64,000 nt of DNA from Dehalococcoidia bacterium (GCA_965207225.1 CBDBLV010000004.1:839397-903396); one strand, 5' to 3'. Shown: positions 29,960 to 40,300, counted from the stretch's first letter. Translations and numbers: made by a program. The notes: generated from the sequence alone by a model not told the origin.

Positions 29960-31617
29960 GGGCGAAGGAGCGGGAGGGGCTGGCTCTGCGGACTCTGGCG
30001 GCGATGCCCTTCCTGGACCGTCTGGAGCTTGCCGCCGTCGCGGGCGTCCACGAGGAGGCGGCCCACATCGCTCTCGAGAGCCTTGAGCGAGCTGGGCTCG
30101 TCGACTTCATTCGCCACGCCTCTCCCCTGACGGCGACAACCAGACGCTGGTTCGCAACCACAATGGGGCTGAGGCTCCTGGCCTCGGAGAACGGGACCGG
30201 CATCGACCGCCTGCTGCGCACGCATCCGGTATCGGCCCACTGGCGACGCATCCTGCTGGCGCGGCTGGACGCAGTGGCCGCGATCTACCGCTTGACGTCG
30301 GCGGTGGCGAATGCGGCCGGCCCTCCCCGATTCCGCTGGTACCGCGCCGCGCCGCTGGACGCCGCCATGCTGCTTCCTGACGGCAGGACCTTCGGCGTGA
30401 TCCGTCAGGGGCCGACCGCCGACCGAACCGCCTTCTCCGACCGTGCGCGCCGCCTACTGGACCCTGAGCGGTCCAGGCCCCGCGCCCTGCTTGCGCTCAT
30501 GCCCGATGGGGCGCGACTGCGCGAGGCGCGGCGGCTGTTCGCTCGTCATCCCGGCCAGGTGTACATGGCTCTTGAGCGAGATGCGGCCCGCCTGATGCCC
30601 GACGACAGGGTATGGCATGGAACGTCCGGTCCTGGGCCATTATCCCTCCGTGAGGCGTTCGCTCACCTCCGTCCGGGTGGAAGCATCCCCTGGGAGGCGC
30701 CGACATCGAGGCTGTCGCTGCCCGGTGACACCGACCTGCATGGGATTGAAGATGATGATGTCGCCGACCACCTGCTCCCCCTCACTCTCAAGCCCTCAGA
30801 GAAGCGGATGCTGGACTGCCTCGCCGACTGGCCCCTGGTTACGGTGGAAGACCTGGCGGGCATCCTCAGCCTGTCCGACTCCCGCGCGCGGCGGCTCGCC
30901 GCGCGCCTGAACGGGTTGGGACTGGTCGCGCAAGTCCGTCTTGCGAGCCGTCGCCGCTTCGCCCTCGGCGATAGGGGCCTAGCCCTTCTGGCACGCAGGG
31001 ACCGGGGCTCGGTCGGAGCTGCCCTGCGTCGCTGGAGCGTCGAGCCGAAGGACGACGAGGCTCTATCGTCATGGCGGGACGTTCCGGGCAGGCGCAGCCG
31101 TACCCTTGCCCGGACCATTGAGCACACACAGGCGGTGCACCGCTTCATGGCGACGCTGGCGAGGCAGGCGAAGGGAACGAAGGACCGCCGCGTTGAGCGG
31201 GTGTCGCCACCGCATCACGCCGCCCGGTACTTCCGACACGGAGGCGGCATGCGCTCCATCCACCCGGACGGCTTCGGGGTGGTGCATGCCAACGGACGCG
31301 CCTGGCCCTTCTTTCTGGAGTACGAGCGCAGAGCGGTGAATCCCTCCACCATGACCGCGCGGCTCGCGCCCTACCTGCGCTACTACTCCTCCAACCGGCC
31401 CCTGGAAGACCACGGGGAACGCCCCCTGGCGCTCATCGTATTCGATGACCCTCTGGCCGAGACCAACTTCCTCGGTGTTGCCCGCGGGGAGATGCGGCGC
31501 AACAAGGTCGAGCCGCCCCTCTGGGCATCCCATAGGGAAGCGATAGAGCGAGCGGGGCCGCTGGGCAAGGCGTGGCGCAGCCCGGAAGCAATGGAACCGA
31601 GCCGCGTCTTTGAGTGA
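29956..31617 (+). CDS. Replication-relaxation (Replic_Relax) family protein, module A
   Basis: ATGA overlap with coupling gene; wHTH, IEHT..VH, HPDG...FFLEYER PD-(D/E)xK-like motif. Confidence 0.72.
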   Translation: MRAKEREGLALRTLAAMPFLDRLELAAVAGVHEEAAHIALESLERAGLVDFIRHASPLTATTRRWFATTMGLRLLASENGTGIDRLLRTHPVSAHWRRILLARLDAVAAIYRLTSAVANAAGPPRFRWYRAAPLDAAMLLPDGRTFGVIRQGPTADRTAFSDRARRLLDPERSRPRALLALMPDGARLREARRLFARHPGQVYMALERDAARLMPDDRVWHGTSGPGPLSLREAFAHLRPGGSIPWEAPTSRLSLPGDTDLHGIEDDDVADHLLPLTLKPSEKRMLDCLADWPLVTVEDLAGILSLSDSRARRLAARLNGLGLVAQVRLASRRRFALGDRGLALLARRDRGSVGAALRRWSVEPKDDEALSSWRDVPGRRSRTLARTIEHTQAVHRFMATLARQAKGTKDRRVERVSPPHHAARYFRHGGGMRSIHPDGFGVVHANGRAWPFFLEYERRAVNPSTMTARLAPYLRYYSSNRPLEDHGERPLALIVFDDPLAETNFLGVARGEMRRNKVEPPLWASHREAIERAGPLGKAWRSPEAMEPSRVFE

Positions 31618-31708
31618 TTGCCGCGAGATGTCCTCGCGCAGATTCGATGGCGAGTTCGTTCTGCATATGGTATGATGCAATCAGAATGGAATTCATATGA
31701 GGTGAGAC

Positions 31709-31933
31709 ATGCGCATATCGGAACGCGGACAAATCACCATTCCCAAGCGGTTCAGGGACCGCTTCGGCATGAACAAGGACGTCGAGGTCGAAATCACGCC
31801 GACCGAACACGGCCTGCTAATACAGAAGCGGTCGGCGGCGCAACATCCGGTCGAGAGAGTCAGCGGGATTCTTGACGGCGTTGACGCCGCTTTCGACGTT
31901 GACCAGTACATGGAAGAGATCCGGGGAAGATGA
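31709..31933 (+). CDS. vapB: AbrB/MazE-type antitoxin
   Basis: MRISERGQITIPK..R...G. Confidence 0.8.
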   Translation: MRISERGQITIPKRFRDRFGMNKDVEVEITPTEHGLLIQKRSAAQHPVERVSGILDGVDAAFDVDQYMEEIRGR

Positions 31934-32328
31934 TCACGTCGGTCGATACCAGCGTCCTGCTGGATGTCTTCGCGTCCGGCTCACCGCACCACTCTCAATC
32001 GCAGGTGTGGCTCATCGACGCCTACGATAGAGGAGCCATCCTGGTCTGCGACGTCGTCTACGCGGAGCTTGTACCGGCTTTTGGCGACCGCTCCTCGCTG
32101 GACGGATCCCTGCGGGAGATCAATGCGGTGGTCTCTCCGATTGACACCGCTATCGCATATGAGGCTGGATTGCGCTGGGCGCGATACCGGCAGGCGGGAG
32201 GGCCGAGGGAACGCATCATCGCCGACTTCCTGATTGGCGCGCACGCCATAGCCAATGCGGACACCTTTCTGACCCGGGACCAGGGATTCTACTCCACCTA
32301 CTTTCCCGAGCTGCAAGAACAACAGTAA
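31930..32328 (+). CDS. vapC: PIN-domain toxin
   Basis: VDTSVLLD, YAEL, ADFLIGAHA, LTRD; ATGA overlap. Confidence 0.88.
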   Translation: MITSVDTSVLLDVFASGSPHHSQSQVWLIDAYDRGAILVCDVVYAELVPAFGDRSSLDGSLREINAVVSPIDTAIAYEAGLRWARYRQAGGPRERIIADFLIGAHAIANADTFLTRDQGFYSTYFPELQEQQ

Positions 32329-32374
32329 GCCGATGGAAAGCCCATAGCTAATTGAGAAATCAGAGGAGGACGAA

Positions 32375-34039
32375 ATGAAGGAGAAGCGCCTACAGCCGCT
32401 CACACCGGCGGCGCTGTACGCCAGGGTATCCAGCGACCGGCAGGACGTGGACCTGTCCGTATCCGCACAGCTGAGGGCGCTCAAGGAGTACGCGAAGGCC
32501 AACGGTTATTCTGTGGCCCGCGAGTACGTGGACGAGGCCGAGAGCGGCCGCGTCGCAGATAGGCCGCAGTTCAGGGAGATGATCGAGGAGGGCAGCAAGC
32601 CCAAGGCCCCCTTCGAGGTCATCCTCGTCTGGAAATTCAGCCGCTTCACCAGGAAGCGCGAGCACGCCGTGGCCTTCAAGGCCCAGCTGCGGCGCAAGGG
32701 CATCCGCGTGGTCTCCATCACCGAGCAGGCAGAGGACAACGCCACCGGAAGGCTGCTCGAGGGCATCATAGAGAGCGTGGACGAATACTACTCGGAGAAT
32801 CTGGCGCAGGAGGTCGTCCGTGGCATGAGGGAGGCCGCTTCGAGAGGCTTCTTCCTCGGATCCAAAGCCCCCTTCGGCTACCGGAAGATCAAGGTCAGCG
32901 ACGGACCTAAGGAGCGTCCCTCGCTTGAGGTAGACCCTGCCACCGCTCCGGTGGTGAAGGAGATATTCGAGAAGTCCCTGCGTGGCAGCGGCCTCAAGGA
33001 GATGTGCAAGGAGCTGAACGACCGGGGCATCACCAACCGGGGCAAGCGTTGGTACAAGGGAACGCTCCACTACGTGCTGAGAAACGAGGCGTACACGGGA
33101 ACCGCTGTGTGGGGCAAGACGAGCAAGGGAGACAAGGCCCCGGATCCCGTGCGCGTGGAGGGAGCGTGGCCCGCGCTGGTGTCGAGGGATCTGTTCGACG
33201 ACGTTCAGCACGCGATGAGCGAGCGCGCCCCGAAGGTGCAGAGGCCCGGTAGGGTGGGGAGCAGGTACCTGCTGAGCGGACTGCTCAGGTGCGGTGTCTG
33301 CGGCAAGCCCTATCGCGCGCAGGGAGCCAAGAGCGGCCGGTTCGCATACTACATCTGCGGCACCCTGTTCACCGAAGGAGCGGGGACGTGCAGCGCCCGC
33401 TACCTGAGCGCCCCGAAGGTCGAGGACTTCATCGTCGACAAGATCAGGGAGCGCATCCTCAACGAGGAGACTATCGTTGAACTGGTTTCGCTGGTGGCGG
33501 AGGAGGTCGACGCGATTGCCGGTGAGATGTCCGGCAGGTTGGAGGTAATCGAGGCGGAGCTGGAGGACGTGAGGAAGCGGCTGGAGAAGCTCTACGAGGC
33601 CATCGAGACGAGCGATCTGACCCTGGAGGTCCTATCGCCCCGCATCTTCTCTCTAAGGCACCGCGAGGAGCAGCTGGAGTCTGCGAGAGACGACGCGGAG
33701 CGCCAGCTTGAGCGGCGCAGGGTGGAGCTTCCCACAACCGACGTGATCAGAGAATACGTTGCAGACTTCCGGGAGTTCCTGAAGGAAGGGACGTTCCCCG
33801 AGCGCAAGGCGCTCATCCGCAACTTCGTGGAGGGCATCGAGGTGGTCGGAGACGAGGCGACGCTGACGTACACGGTCCCCATGCCTAGCGACGGCGTGAC
33901 GAAGGAATCGGCCTCGGTTCTTGATTTTGTCAAGTCCGGCCCACCAGACTTGACGTTAGACAGAACCGGGGCGTGGAGAGCCACATCCTGGGCGTCCCTT
34001 CCGCCTATGGGAGCGTCCTCCGGCATAGGTATGGAATAG
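32375..34039 (+). CDS. Large serine recombinase A
   Basis: YARVSS catalytic Ser, SRFTR, recombinase domain APFGY, Zn ribbon LLSGLLRCGVCG, coiled coil. Confidence 0.95.
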   Translation: MKEKRLQPLTPAALYARVSSDRQDVDLSVSAQLRALKEYAKANGYSVAREYVDEAESGRVADRPQFREMIEEGSKPKAPFEVILVWKFSRFTRKREHAVAFKAQLRRKGIRVVSITEQAEDNATGRLLEGIIESVDEYYSENLAQEVVRGMREAASRGFFLGSKAPFGYRKIKVSDGPKERPSLEVDPATAPVVKEIFEKSLRGSGLKEMCKELNDRGITNRGKRWYKGTLHYVLRNEAYTGTAVWGKTSKGDKAPDPVRVEGAWPALVSRDLFDDVQHAMSERAPKVQRPGRVGSRYLLSGLLRCGVCGKPYRAQGAKSGRFAYYICGTLFTEGAGTCSARYLSAPKVEDFIVDKIRERILNEETIVELVSLVAEEVDAIAGEMSGRLEVIEAELEDVRKRLEKLYEAIETSDLTLEVLSPRIFSLRHREEQLESARDDAERQLERRRVELPTTDVIREYVADFREFLKEGTFPERKALIRNFVEGIEVVGDEATLTYTVPMPSDGVTKESASVLDFVKSGPPDLTLDRTGAWRATSWASLPPMGASSGIGME

Positions 34040-35547
34040 CGCAGCAGGGCGTTGCCAGGCATGACCACGATCTCCTTGACGAAGGACTCTATGAAGGCTC
34101 TGCGCTCGGTCAGTTCACTTTCGTTGAGGAACACGCTCATCTCCTGTGCGTAGGCCGTGATGGTTTCCACGTCGTCCAGTACCTCCCTGCGCTGGGAGAG
34201 CATCGTTTTGGCCTCGGCAGCCGACGCCTCCAGCTTCTCCTGCCGTTCCCGGTGGTCTCTGATGCGAGGCTTGAAGTCCTCGATGTCCAGGTCGGTGGTC
34301 TCCGCCAGGTCGTAGAGACGTTCCAGCCTGCGTTTCACGTCGGCAAGCTCCGACTCGATGGTCTCCAGCCTCTGCCGCTGCTCCTTGGCGATGCCGTCCA
34401 TCTCCTCGTCCACCAGCTTCACCAGTTCCCGGATGTTGGACTCTGTGAGCGCGTTCTCCCTGATCTTTCCCACCACCATCTCCTCGAATCGCCGGGCGTT
34501 GAGCCTGGGTGTATCGCAGGCGTCCTTTCCCCGCTTCATGATGGACTGGCAGACGTAGTAGGCGTACCTGCCGCTCTTGGCGTCCTGTCCGGAGAGCGCC
34601 CTGTTGCACGACCTGCATTTGACCAGCCCGCTGAGCAGGTAGGAGCTTCCCACCCTGCGGGGATGAGTTCTCCTGGGCGCCCTTGAGCGCAGTCGTTTGT
34701 TGACTCTCTCGAACTGGGCCTTGGAGATGATTCCGGGGAACGCCTTGTCGACTCTGACCGGCTCGGCCTTGTCCTTGCCGCCGACGCCCCAGAGAAGCGT
34801 TCCGGTGTAGACTTCGTTGCGGAGGATGATGTGGACGCCGTTCTTGGACCAGAGCCTGCCGGTGGGATTGGCGATGCCCTCGGCGTTGAGGGTCTGGGTG
34901 ATGTTCAGGATGCCCCTGCCCGACTCGGCCATGGAGAAGATGCGCCGCACCACGGGAGCGGTGGCGGGATCGGGTTCCAGCGTGGGGCGTTTCTTGGGTC
35001 CGTCCTGCGCCATGCGCTTGTTGTAGCCGTAGGGCGCCCTGCTGGCGACCCAGAAGCCGCGGGAAGCCGCCTCCCGCATTCCCCGGCGAACCTCCTCGGC
35101 AAGATTCTCGCTGTAGAACTCATCAACGCTCTCGATGATGGCCTCCATGAGCCTGCCGGTGGGGGAGTCGTCGGCATGCTCGGTGATGGAGACGACGCGG
35201 ACGCCCTTGCGTCTGAGCATGGACTTGAAGGCGACGGCGTGTTCGCGCTTTCTGGTGAAGCGACTGAATTTCCAGACCAATATCTCCGCAAAAGGGGCCT
35301 CCGGCTTGGATGCCTCGTCCAGCATCTTCTGGAACTGCGGCCTGTCGGCTACGCGTCCGCTCTCGGCCTCGTCGATGTACTCGCGGGCTACCGTGTAGCC
35401 GTTCTTGTCCGCGTAGTCCCGGAGCGCCCGCATCTGGGCGGCCACCGACAGGTCCACGTCCTGTCTATCGCTGGACACTCTGGCGTAGAGGGCCACGGGG
35501 GTGCGTTCATTGGTCTGATTCATGGATGCGTCCTCCTCTCGGTTCAT
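33592..35547 (-). CDS. Large serine recombinase B (3' read-through across att junction)
   Basis: Same motifs; homology to recombinase C ends at VKSGGP (~33938). Confidence 0.95.
   Translation of the reverse strand: MNREEDASMNQTNERTPVALYARVSSDRQDVDLSVAAQMRALRDYADKNGYTVAREYIDEAESGRVADRPQFQKMLDEASKPEAPFAEILVWKFSRFTRKREHAVAFKSMLRRKGVRVVSITEHADDSPTGRLMEAIIESVDEFYSENLAEEVRRGMREAASRGFWVASRAPYGYNKRMAQDGPKKRPTLEPDPATAPVVRRIFSMAESGRGILNITQTLNAEGIANPTGRLWSKNGVHIILRNEVYTGTLLWGVGGKDKAEPVRVDKAFPGIISKAQFERVNKRLRSRAPRRTHPRRVGSSYLLSGLVKCRSCNRALSGQDAKSGRYAYYVCQSIMKRGKDACDTPRLNARRFEEMVVGKIRENALTESNIRELVKLVDEEMDGIAKEQRQRLETIESELADVKRRLERLYDLAETTDLDIEDFKPRIRDHRERQEKLEASAAEAKTMLSQRREVLDDVETITAYAQEMSVFLNESELTERRAFIESFVKEIVVMPGNALLRYSIPMPEDAPIGGRDAQDVALHAPVLSNVKSGGPDLTKSRTEADSFVTPSLGMGTVYVSVASSPTTSMPSTKLRMSALRSGNVPSFRNSRKSATYSLITSVVGSSTLRRSSWRSASSLADSSCSSRCLREKMRGDRTSRVRSLVSMAS
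33915..33968. other. att-like junction between recombinases A and B
   Basis: CGGTTCT-n7-GTCAAGTC-CGGCCCACCA-GACTTGAC-n7-AGAACCG symmetry; core GGCCCACCA recurs at 53338. Confidence 0.75.
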
Positions 35548-35747
35548 TGCCTTTCGTTCCGGTGTGAAAGCCGTCGCGTCCGTTCCTGCATGAGCCAGTC
35601 GCGCTCCTCCATGTACAGGCGGATGGCCTGCCTGAGCACCTCGCTCACGGTGCGCTGCTCCTCCCCTGCCATCTGCTGGAGATTCTGGGCCATGTCCCGG
35701 GGCAGGGAGAAGCTCACGGACACGGTGTTTCTGGAGTTGGGTTGCAT
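35544..35747 (-). CDS. CopG/ribbon-helix-helix protein
   Basis: VSFSLP..M...L...A..E.RTVSEVLRQAIRLY. Confidence 0.78.
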   Translation of the reverse strand: MQPNSRNTVSVSFSLPRDMAQNLQQMAGEEQRTVSEVLRQAIRLYMEERDWLMQERTRRLSHRNERQ

Positions 35748-35862
35748 CCTCACGCCTTTCGATTGCACAGATAGCATTGAGTCTTACTATACACTATCGG
35801 ACACCCGCCCTTCAATCACCCGATGGCCCCCGATGGCCGTGGACAGGGCCGGACTCAAGGCT

Positions 35863-37521
35863 TCAAACAAAGGCCCGCCTGGGTTCCATGACGTCTGGAT
35901 TGCGCCAGGCTTTGCCCAGCGGCCCGACCTTCTCCAGCCTCTCCCTATGGGACACCCACAGGGGCGGCTTCACGCCGCGGCGTTCCATCTCCACGCGGGC
36001 GACGCCGAGGAAGTTGGCCTCGGCCAGGGGATCGTCGAAGACGATGAGCGCGAGTGGCCGGTGTCCATGGTCTTCCAGGGGCCGGTTGGAGGAGTAGTAG
36101 CGCAGGTAGGGAGCGAGCCGGGCGGCCATGGTGGACGGGTTCACCGCCCGGCGCTCGTACTCCAGGAAGAAGGGCATGGTCCGGCTGCCGGTCTGCGCCA
36201 CGCCGAAGCCGTCGGGGTGGACGGAGCGGAAACTGCCGCCGTACCGGAAGTGCCGGGTGGCGTGATGGGGCGGCGACACCGCAACGACGCGATAGCCTTT
36301 CGTCCCTTTCGCCTGCCGCGTCAGCGCCGCCATGAACCGGTGCGCCGCCTCGGTGTGGTCGATGGCGCGGGCCAGGGGACGCGCCCGCGCCCCCGGCAGG
36401 TCTCGCCAGGAGGACGGAGGTTGTCCGTCCACCGGCTCGACGCTCCAGCGGCGGACGGCAGACCCCACGGAAGCCCGGTCTCTGCGGGCCAGGAAGGACA
36501 GCCCTCCATCGCTGAGAGCGAAGCGGCGCTGGCCTGCAAGATTGACCGGAGCGACCAAATCCAACCTGTTCAGACGGGCGGCAAGCCGCCACGCGCGGGA
36601 GTCGGAGAGGCCAAGGATGCCCGACAGGTCTTCGACGGTGATCAGAGGCCAGTCGGCGAGGCAGTCGAGCATCCGCTTCTCGGCGGGCTTGAGGAGGACG
36701 GGGAGCAGGTGGTCGGCGGCGTCATCGTCAATCCCGCGCAACTCGGCCTCTTCGGGCAGGGATTGTCTCGAAGTCGGCCTCTCCCAGGGAATCGCGCCGC
36801 CCTGCCGCAGGTGGGCGAATATCTCGCCAAGGGACAGGAGCGAAGGAGCGGACGTTGCGCGCCACACCCTGTCGTCGTCCGACAGGCTGGCCGCGTCCCG
36901 CTCGAGAGCCAGGTACGCCGGTCCGGGATAGGGAGCCAACAGCCGCCGCGCCTGGCGCAGCCTCGCCTCGTCGGGCGCGAGGGCGAGCAGGGCGCGGGGC
37001 CTGGATAGCTCCGGGTCAAGGAGGCTGCGCGCCCGGTCGGAGAACGCCGTACGGTCCGCGGTGGCGCCCTGCCGGATCACGCCGACGGTCCTGCCGTCAG
37101 GGAGGGTCATGGCGGCGTCCAGCGGAGCGGCGCGATACCACCGGAAGCGGGGAGGGCCGACCGCATCCGCCACCGCCGAGGCCAGTCGGTAGACGACGGC
37201 CACGGCGTCCAGGCGCGCCAGCAGGATGCGTTGCCAGTGGGCCGATACCGGATGCGTCAGCAGCAGGCGGTCGATGCCGGTTCGGTTCTCAGAAGCCAGG
37301 AATCGCAGTCCCTCCCTGGTGGCGTACCAACGTCTGGTGGGGTCGGTCAGGGGAGAGGCGTGGCGTATGGAGCCCGCCAACCCCTTCCGCCGCAGCTGGC
37401 CCAAGACGTGGCGGGCCGTGCTCTCGGCCATGTCCGATACGGAGGCCAACTCCAGGTAGTCGAGGAAGGGCATGGCCGCCAGGGTCCACAGGCTCAGCCG
37501 CTCCCGCTCTCCGGGTCTCAT
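35863..37521 (-). CDS. Replic_Relax family protein, module B
   Basis: Paralog of 29956-31617 (HPDG, FFLEYERRA). Confidence 0.72.
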   Translation of the reverse strand: MRPGERERLSLWTLAAMPFLDYLELASVSDMAESTARHVLGQLRRKGLAGSIRHASPLTDPTRRWYATREGLRFLASENRTGIDRLLLTHPVSAHWQRILLARLDAVAVVYRLASAVADAVGPPRFRWYRAAPLDAAMTLPDGRTVGVIRQGATADRTAFSDRARSLLDPELSRPRALLALAPDEARLRQARRLLAPYPGPAYLALERDAASLSDDDRVWRATSAPSLLSLGEIFAHLRQGGAIPWERPTSRQSLPEEAELRGIDDDAADHLLPVLLKPAEKRMLDCLADWPLITVEDLSGILGLSDSRAWRLAARLNRLDLVAPVNLAGQRRFALSDGGLSFLARRDRASVGSAVRRWSVEPVDGQPPSSWRDLPGARARPLARAIDHTEAAHRFMAALTRQAKGTKGYRVVAVSPPHHATRHFRYGGSFRSVHPDGFGVAQTGSRTMPFFLEYERRAVNPSTMAARLAPYLRYYSSNRPLEDHGHRPLALIVFDDPLAEANFLGVARVEMERRGVKPPLWVSHRERLEKVGPLGKAWRNPDVMEPRRAFV

Positions 37522-40154
37522 TCACCCTCCGCCGCCCTGCCGCCGGATGCGTTGAGGTCGTTCTGGTTGTCGTTCCTGCGCCGCCTGCGGGGTCTCTTGT
37601 TCTTCTTGGGCTTCGGCTGGTTCGCCGTCCCGTTGCCCGCGCTGGGCGGCGGCGGATTCCCACCCGACTGCTGTTGCCTCTGCTCCTCCTCCCGCTCCAG
37701 CTCCTCACGATACTGCTCCGCCATCTTCTCGACCTCGGCGTCCTGGGAGGCGATGGCCTCCGCCGTGGCGGTGTAGCTCTCGGCCCGCGCCTTCACCCGC
37801 TCCTCGGCGGCGGCGCTCCCCGCGTCGGGCGCCCGCACTCCCAGGGAGTAGGTGGGCTGCCTCAGCCCGTCCACCGTGGCGCGCACGTAGCACTGGTGCG
37901 CCGGCAGCGACACCAGGTCCTCCTCGTCCAACCTGTCCCGGTCCAGCTCGCCTATGAGCTGCCGGGCGTCGGACGCCGCCACCTGGAACACCGCCAGGCA
38001 TCCCACGTTGGCAAGGAGCGTGTCCTGCATGGTGAGGGACAGCTCCTTGAGCCGCGCCAGGCTCTGGGTGGCCAGGATGAACGACGCTCCGAACTTGCCC
38101 AGCTCAGACAACATGCTCTCGTAGTCCACGCCGGGCATGGACTGCATCTCGTCAACCACCACCAGCGCGCCCCGTCTCTCGTTCGGCGAGAGCCGTCCCT
38201 GCTCCCGGATCACCGCGTCGGTCAGGTTGAGCAGCGACCCTCCCACCAGGGCGGACACGTCCCGCCCAGCCGCCGACTGGGAGGTGGCCGCCAGCAGCAC
38301 CCCGCCCTCGGCGATCACCCGCCGCAGGTCAAGGGTGGAGCGGCGCTGCCCTAGGATGGCCCTAGCCTTCTTCGACGTGGCGTAGTAGGCCAGGCGGGTC
38401 TGCACCGGGGCGATGGCGTCGGCCTTCAGGGTGCGGCTCCAGTTGCGGAAGTCCCTGGCCCACCAGCCCAGGATATACGGATCGGACACGCGCCTGAGAA
38501 TCCGGCCGCGGTACTCCAGGTCCGACAGCAGCCGCAGCCCGTCCAGGATGGTGCATTGCTCGTCCTCCTTCGTGTCCGGGTGGGTGTTGTACTCGTGCAG
38601 GCTCTTGACCGTCTGCTCCAGGATGGACTGCATCCTCGGCCCCCATACCTGGCTCCACAGCCCCCTGGCGATGCGCGCCACCGAGTCCGCCGTGCGGTCC
38701 CGGTCGGGGAAGATGCGGGCGTCCAGCAGGTTGACGCCGGGCGAGCGTTCGTCGTCGGCAAGGTCGATGAGGTACGTCCTGTCCACGATCTCCTCGGGCA
38801 CGCGCCTCAGCAGGGAGTGCGCCAGGTCGTCATGGGGATCGACGACCACGATGGCGTCGTCGTTGCGGCCCGCCGCCTTCTCCCGCATCTTGTGGACGAC
38901 CAGGTGATGCATGAGCGTGGATTTGCCCATGCGGGTGCGGGCCACGTAGAGATGGTGGCGTCCCATCGCGTCGGCGGGGAAGCGCACCTTCCTCGGCTTG
39001 CCGACCACCGTGTCCCCCACGTAGGCCCCGGCGGAGCCGTTGCGGGACGAGGGAAACAGCGCCTTCGCCCCGGCGCGGGCCATCATGGGCAGCGCGTCCC
39101 CAGCCCCCAGCGGATGCCACAGGGAGGCAAGCTCCCGCACCCCCAGCACGTTGCGGCACGCCAGCAGGCTCCGCGCCGGCGGCAGCGGCTCGGTCACGGG
39201 AATCGCCGGACGAACCTTGGTCGCCCTAAAGCTGGCACCGGCCGGGTTGTTGTAGTGGCTGTAGGCCGCGGCCACGTTGCGCAGAAGCTCCCTGGCCCTG
39301 TTCTCGGCGCCGTGCTCGGACAGGATCGCCGTCACCTCCAGCTGGGCCTCGTAGGCGAGCTTGGAGACCTTCTCCTTGATCATCTGCGGGTCCTGGTACT
39401 TGCCCCCGGAACGCCACTGCTTGAAGCGCCACCAGGCCCAGCCCGCCAGGGCCGCCAGGGACGCCACGCCAAGACCCAGCAGGATCGCCTTCCAGGTCTC
39501 CCCGGCCTGTATCCACAAGTAGGCCATGAGCGCTGGCGGGACCAGCAACGCCAGGATGGTTATGGCAACCGCGTTAGTGCGGTCGATCCCGGGTTGGGCG
39601 CTGGAGGCGGAGGTGTTGGTGTCGTAGGCGGGCCTGGGGTTCGTCTTCTCCTGGTGGGCGGCGGACCAGTCCGAACCCAACGACGACAGCCGCAGCCGCG
39701 TCACCAGCCGCTCACCCTCCTCCAGGTCGGACAATGAGCCGATGACCGAGATGAGCGGGTCTGAGCCGGGGTCCAGCAGGTCGTCGTCCCCGTAGGGACG
39801 CAGGGGCAGGTACTCCGGCCCTTTGAGCCGCAGGTCCATCGACCACGCCCGCTCCCCCTCGGCCAGCCTGAGCGGGTCGTCCTCGGCGGAGACCTCGTTC
39901 ACCCTGGCCTGGGGATAGTGGGCTCCCACCTGCTGGCGCACGAAGGAGCCCTCCCGACAGCGGGCCAGCAACGTGACGCCGTCGGCGTCCCCGGCGATCT
40001 CCAACGAGAATGGTTCGGGGACGGCGATGGACTCCACCAGGTTCTGCACGCCCAGCATGGTGCGCTCCCCTGATCGGGGCGGCGTCACGGCCATCAGCTT
40101 GACGGCGGGCTTCTCCCCGCCCTTGAACAGCTTGGCTATCGGATTGAATTTCAT
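37518..40154 (-). CDS. VirD4/TraD-like coupling ATPase, module B
   Basis: Paralog of 27347-29959; AGGAGG RBS. Confidence 0.82.
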   Translation of the reverse strand: MKFNPIAKLFKGGEKPAVKLMAVTPPRSGERTMLGVQNLVESIAVPEPFSLEIAGDADGVTLLARCREGSFVRQQVGAHYPQARVNEVSAEDDPLRLAEGERAWSMDLRLKGPEYLPLRPYGDDDLLDPGSDPLISVIGSLSDLEEGERLVTRLRLSSLGSDWSAAHQEKTNPRPAYDTNTSASSAQPGIDRTNAVAITILALLVPPALMAYLWIQAGETWKAILLGLGVASLAALAGWAWWRFKQWRSGGKYQDPQMIKEKVSKLAYEAQLEVTAILSEHGAENRARELLRNVAAAYSHYNNPAGASFRATKVRPAIPVTEPLPPARSLLACRNVLGVRELASLWHPLGAGDALPMMARAGAKALFPSSRNGSAGAYVGDTVVGKPRKVRFPADAMGRHHLYVARTRMGKSTLMHHLVVHKMREKAAGRNDDAIVVVDPHDDLAHSLLRRVPEEIVDRTYLIDLADDERSPGVNLLDARIFPDRDRTADSVARIARGLWSQVWGPRMQSILEQTVKSLHEYNTHPDTKEDEQCTILDGLRLLSDLEYRGRILRRVSDPYILGWWARDFRNWSRTLKADAIAPVQTRLAYYATSKKARAILGQRRSTLDLRRVIAEGGVLLAATSQSAAGRDVSALVGGSLLNLTDAVIREQGRLSPNERRGALVVVDEMQSMPGVDYESMLSELGKFGASFILATQSLARLKELSLTMQDTLLANVGCLAVFQVAASDARQLIGELDRDRLDEEDLVSLPAHQCYVRATVDGLRQPTYSLGVRAPDAGSAAAEERVKARAESYTATAEAIASQDAEVEKMAEQYREELEREEEQRQQQSGGNPPPPSAGNGTANQPKPKKNKRPRRRRRNDNQNDLNASGGRAAEGE

Positions 40155-40300
40155 GAGACATATCCTCCTATTGCCCAGAGTCGCAGCGAAAAGAACGTAT
40201 GCGCTAATACTACCCTGTCGGCTGCGAGGAAAGCAAGGCCGCGATGACCGCAGAGGACCGCCCCGGCGCGCCGAGACGAGCCGGAACTCAGACGGCGGGC

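Noticed and set aside
33938-33946. GGCCCACCA as the 3' end of a tRNA/tmRNA gene
   Set aside because: Resembles an acceptor end and may reflect the ancestral target, but no T-arm or cloverleaf precedes it here or at 53338
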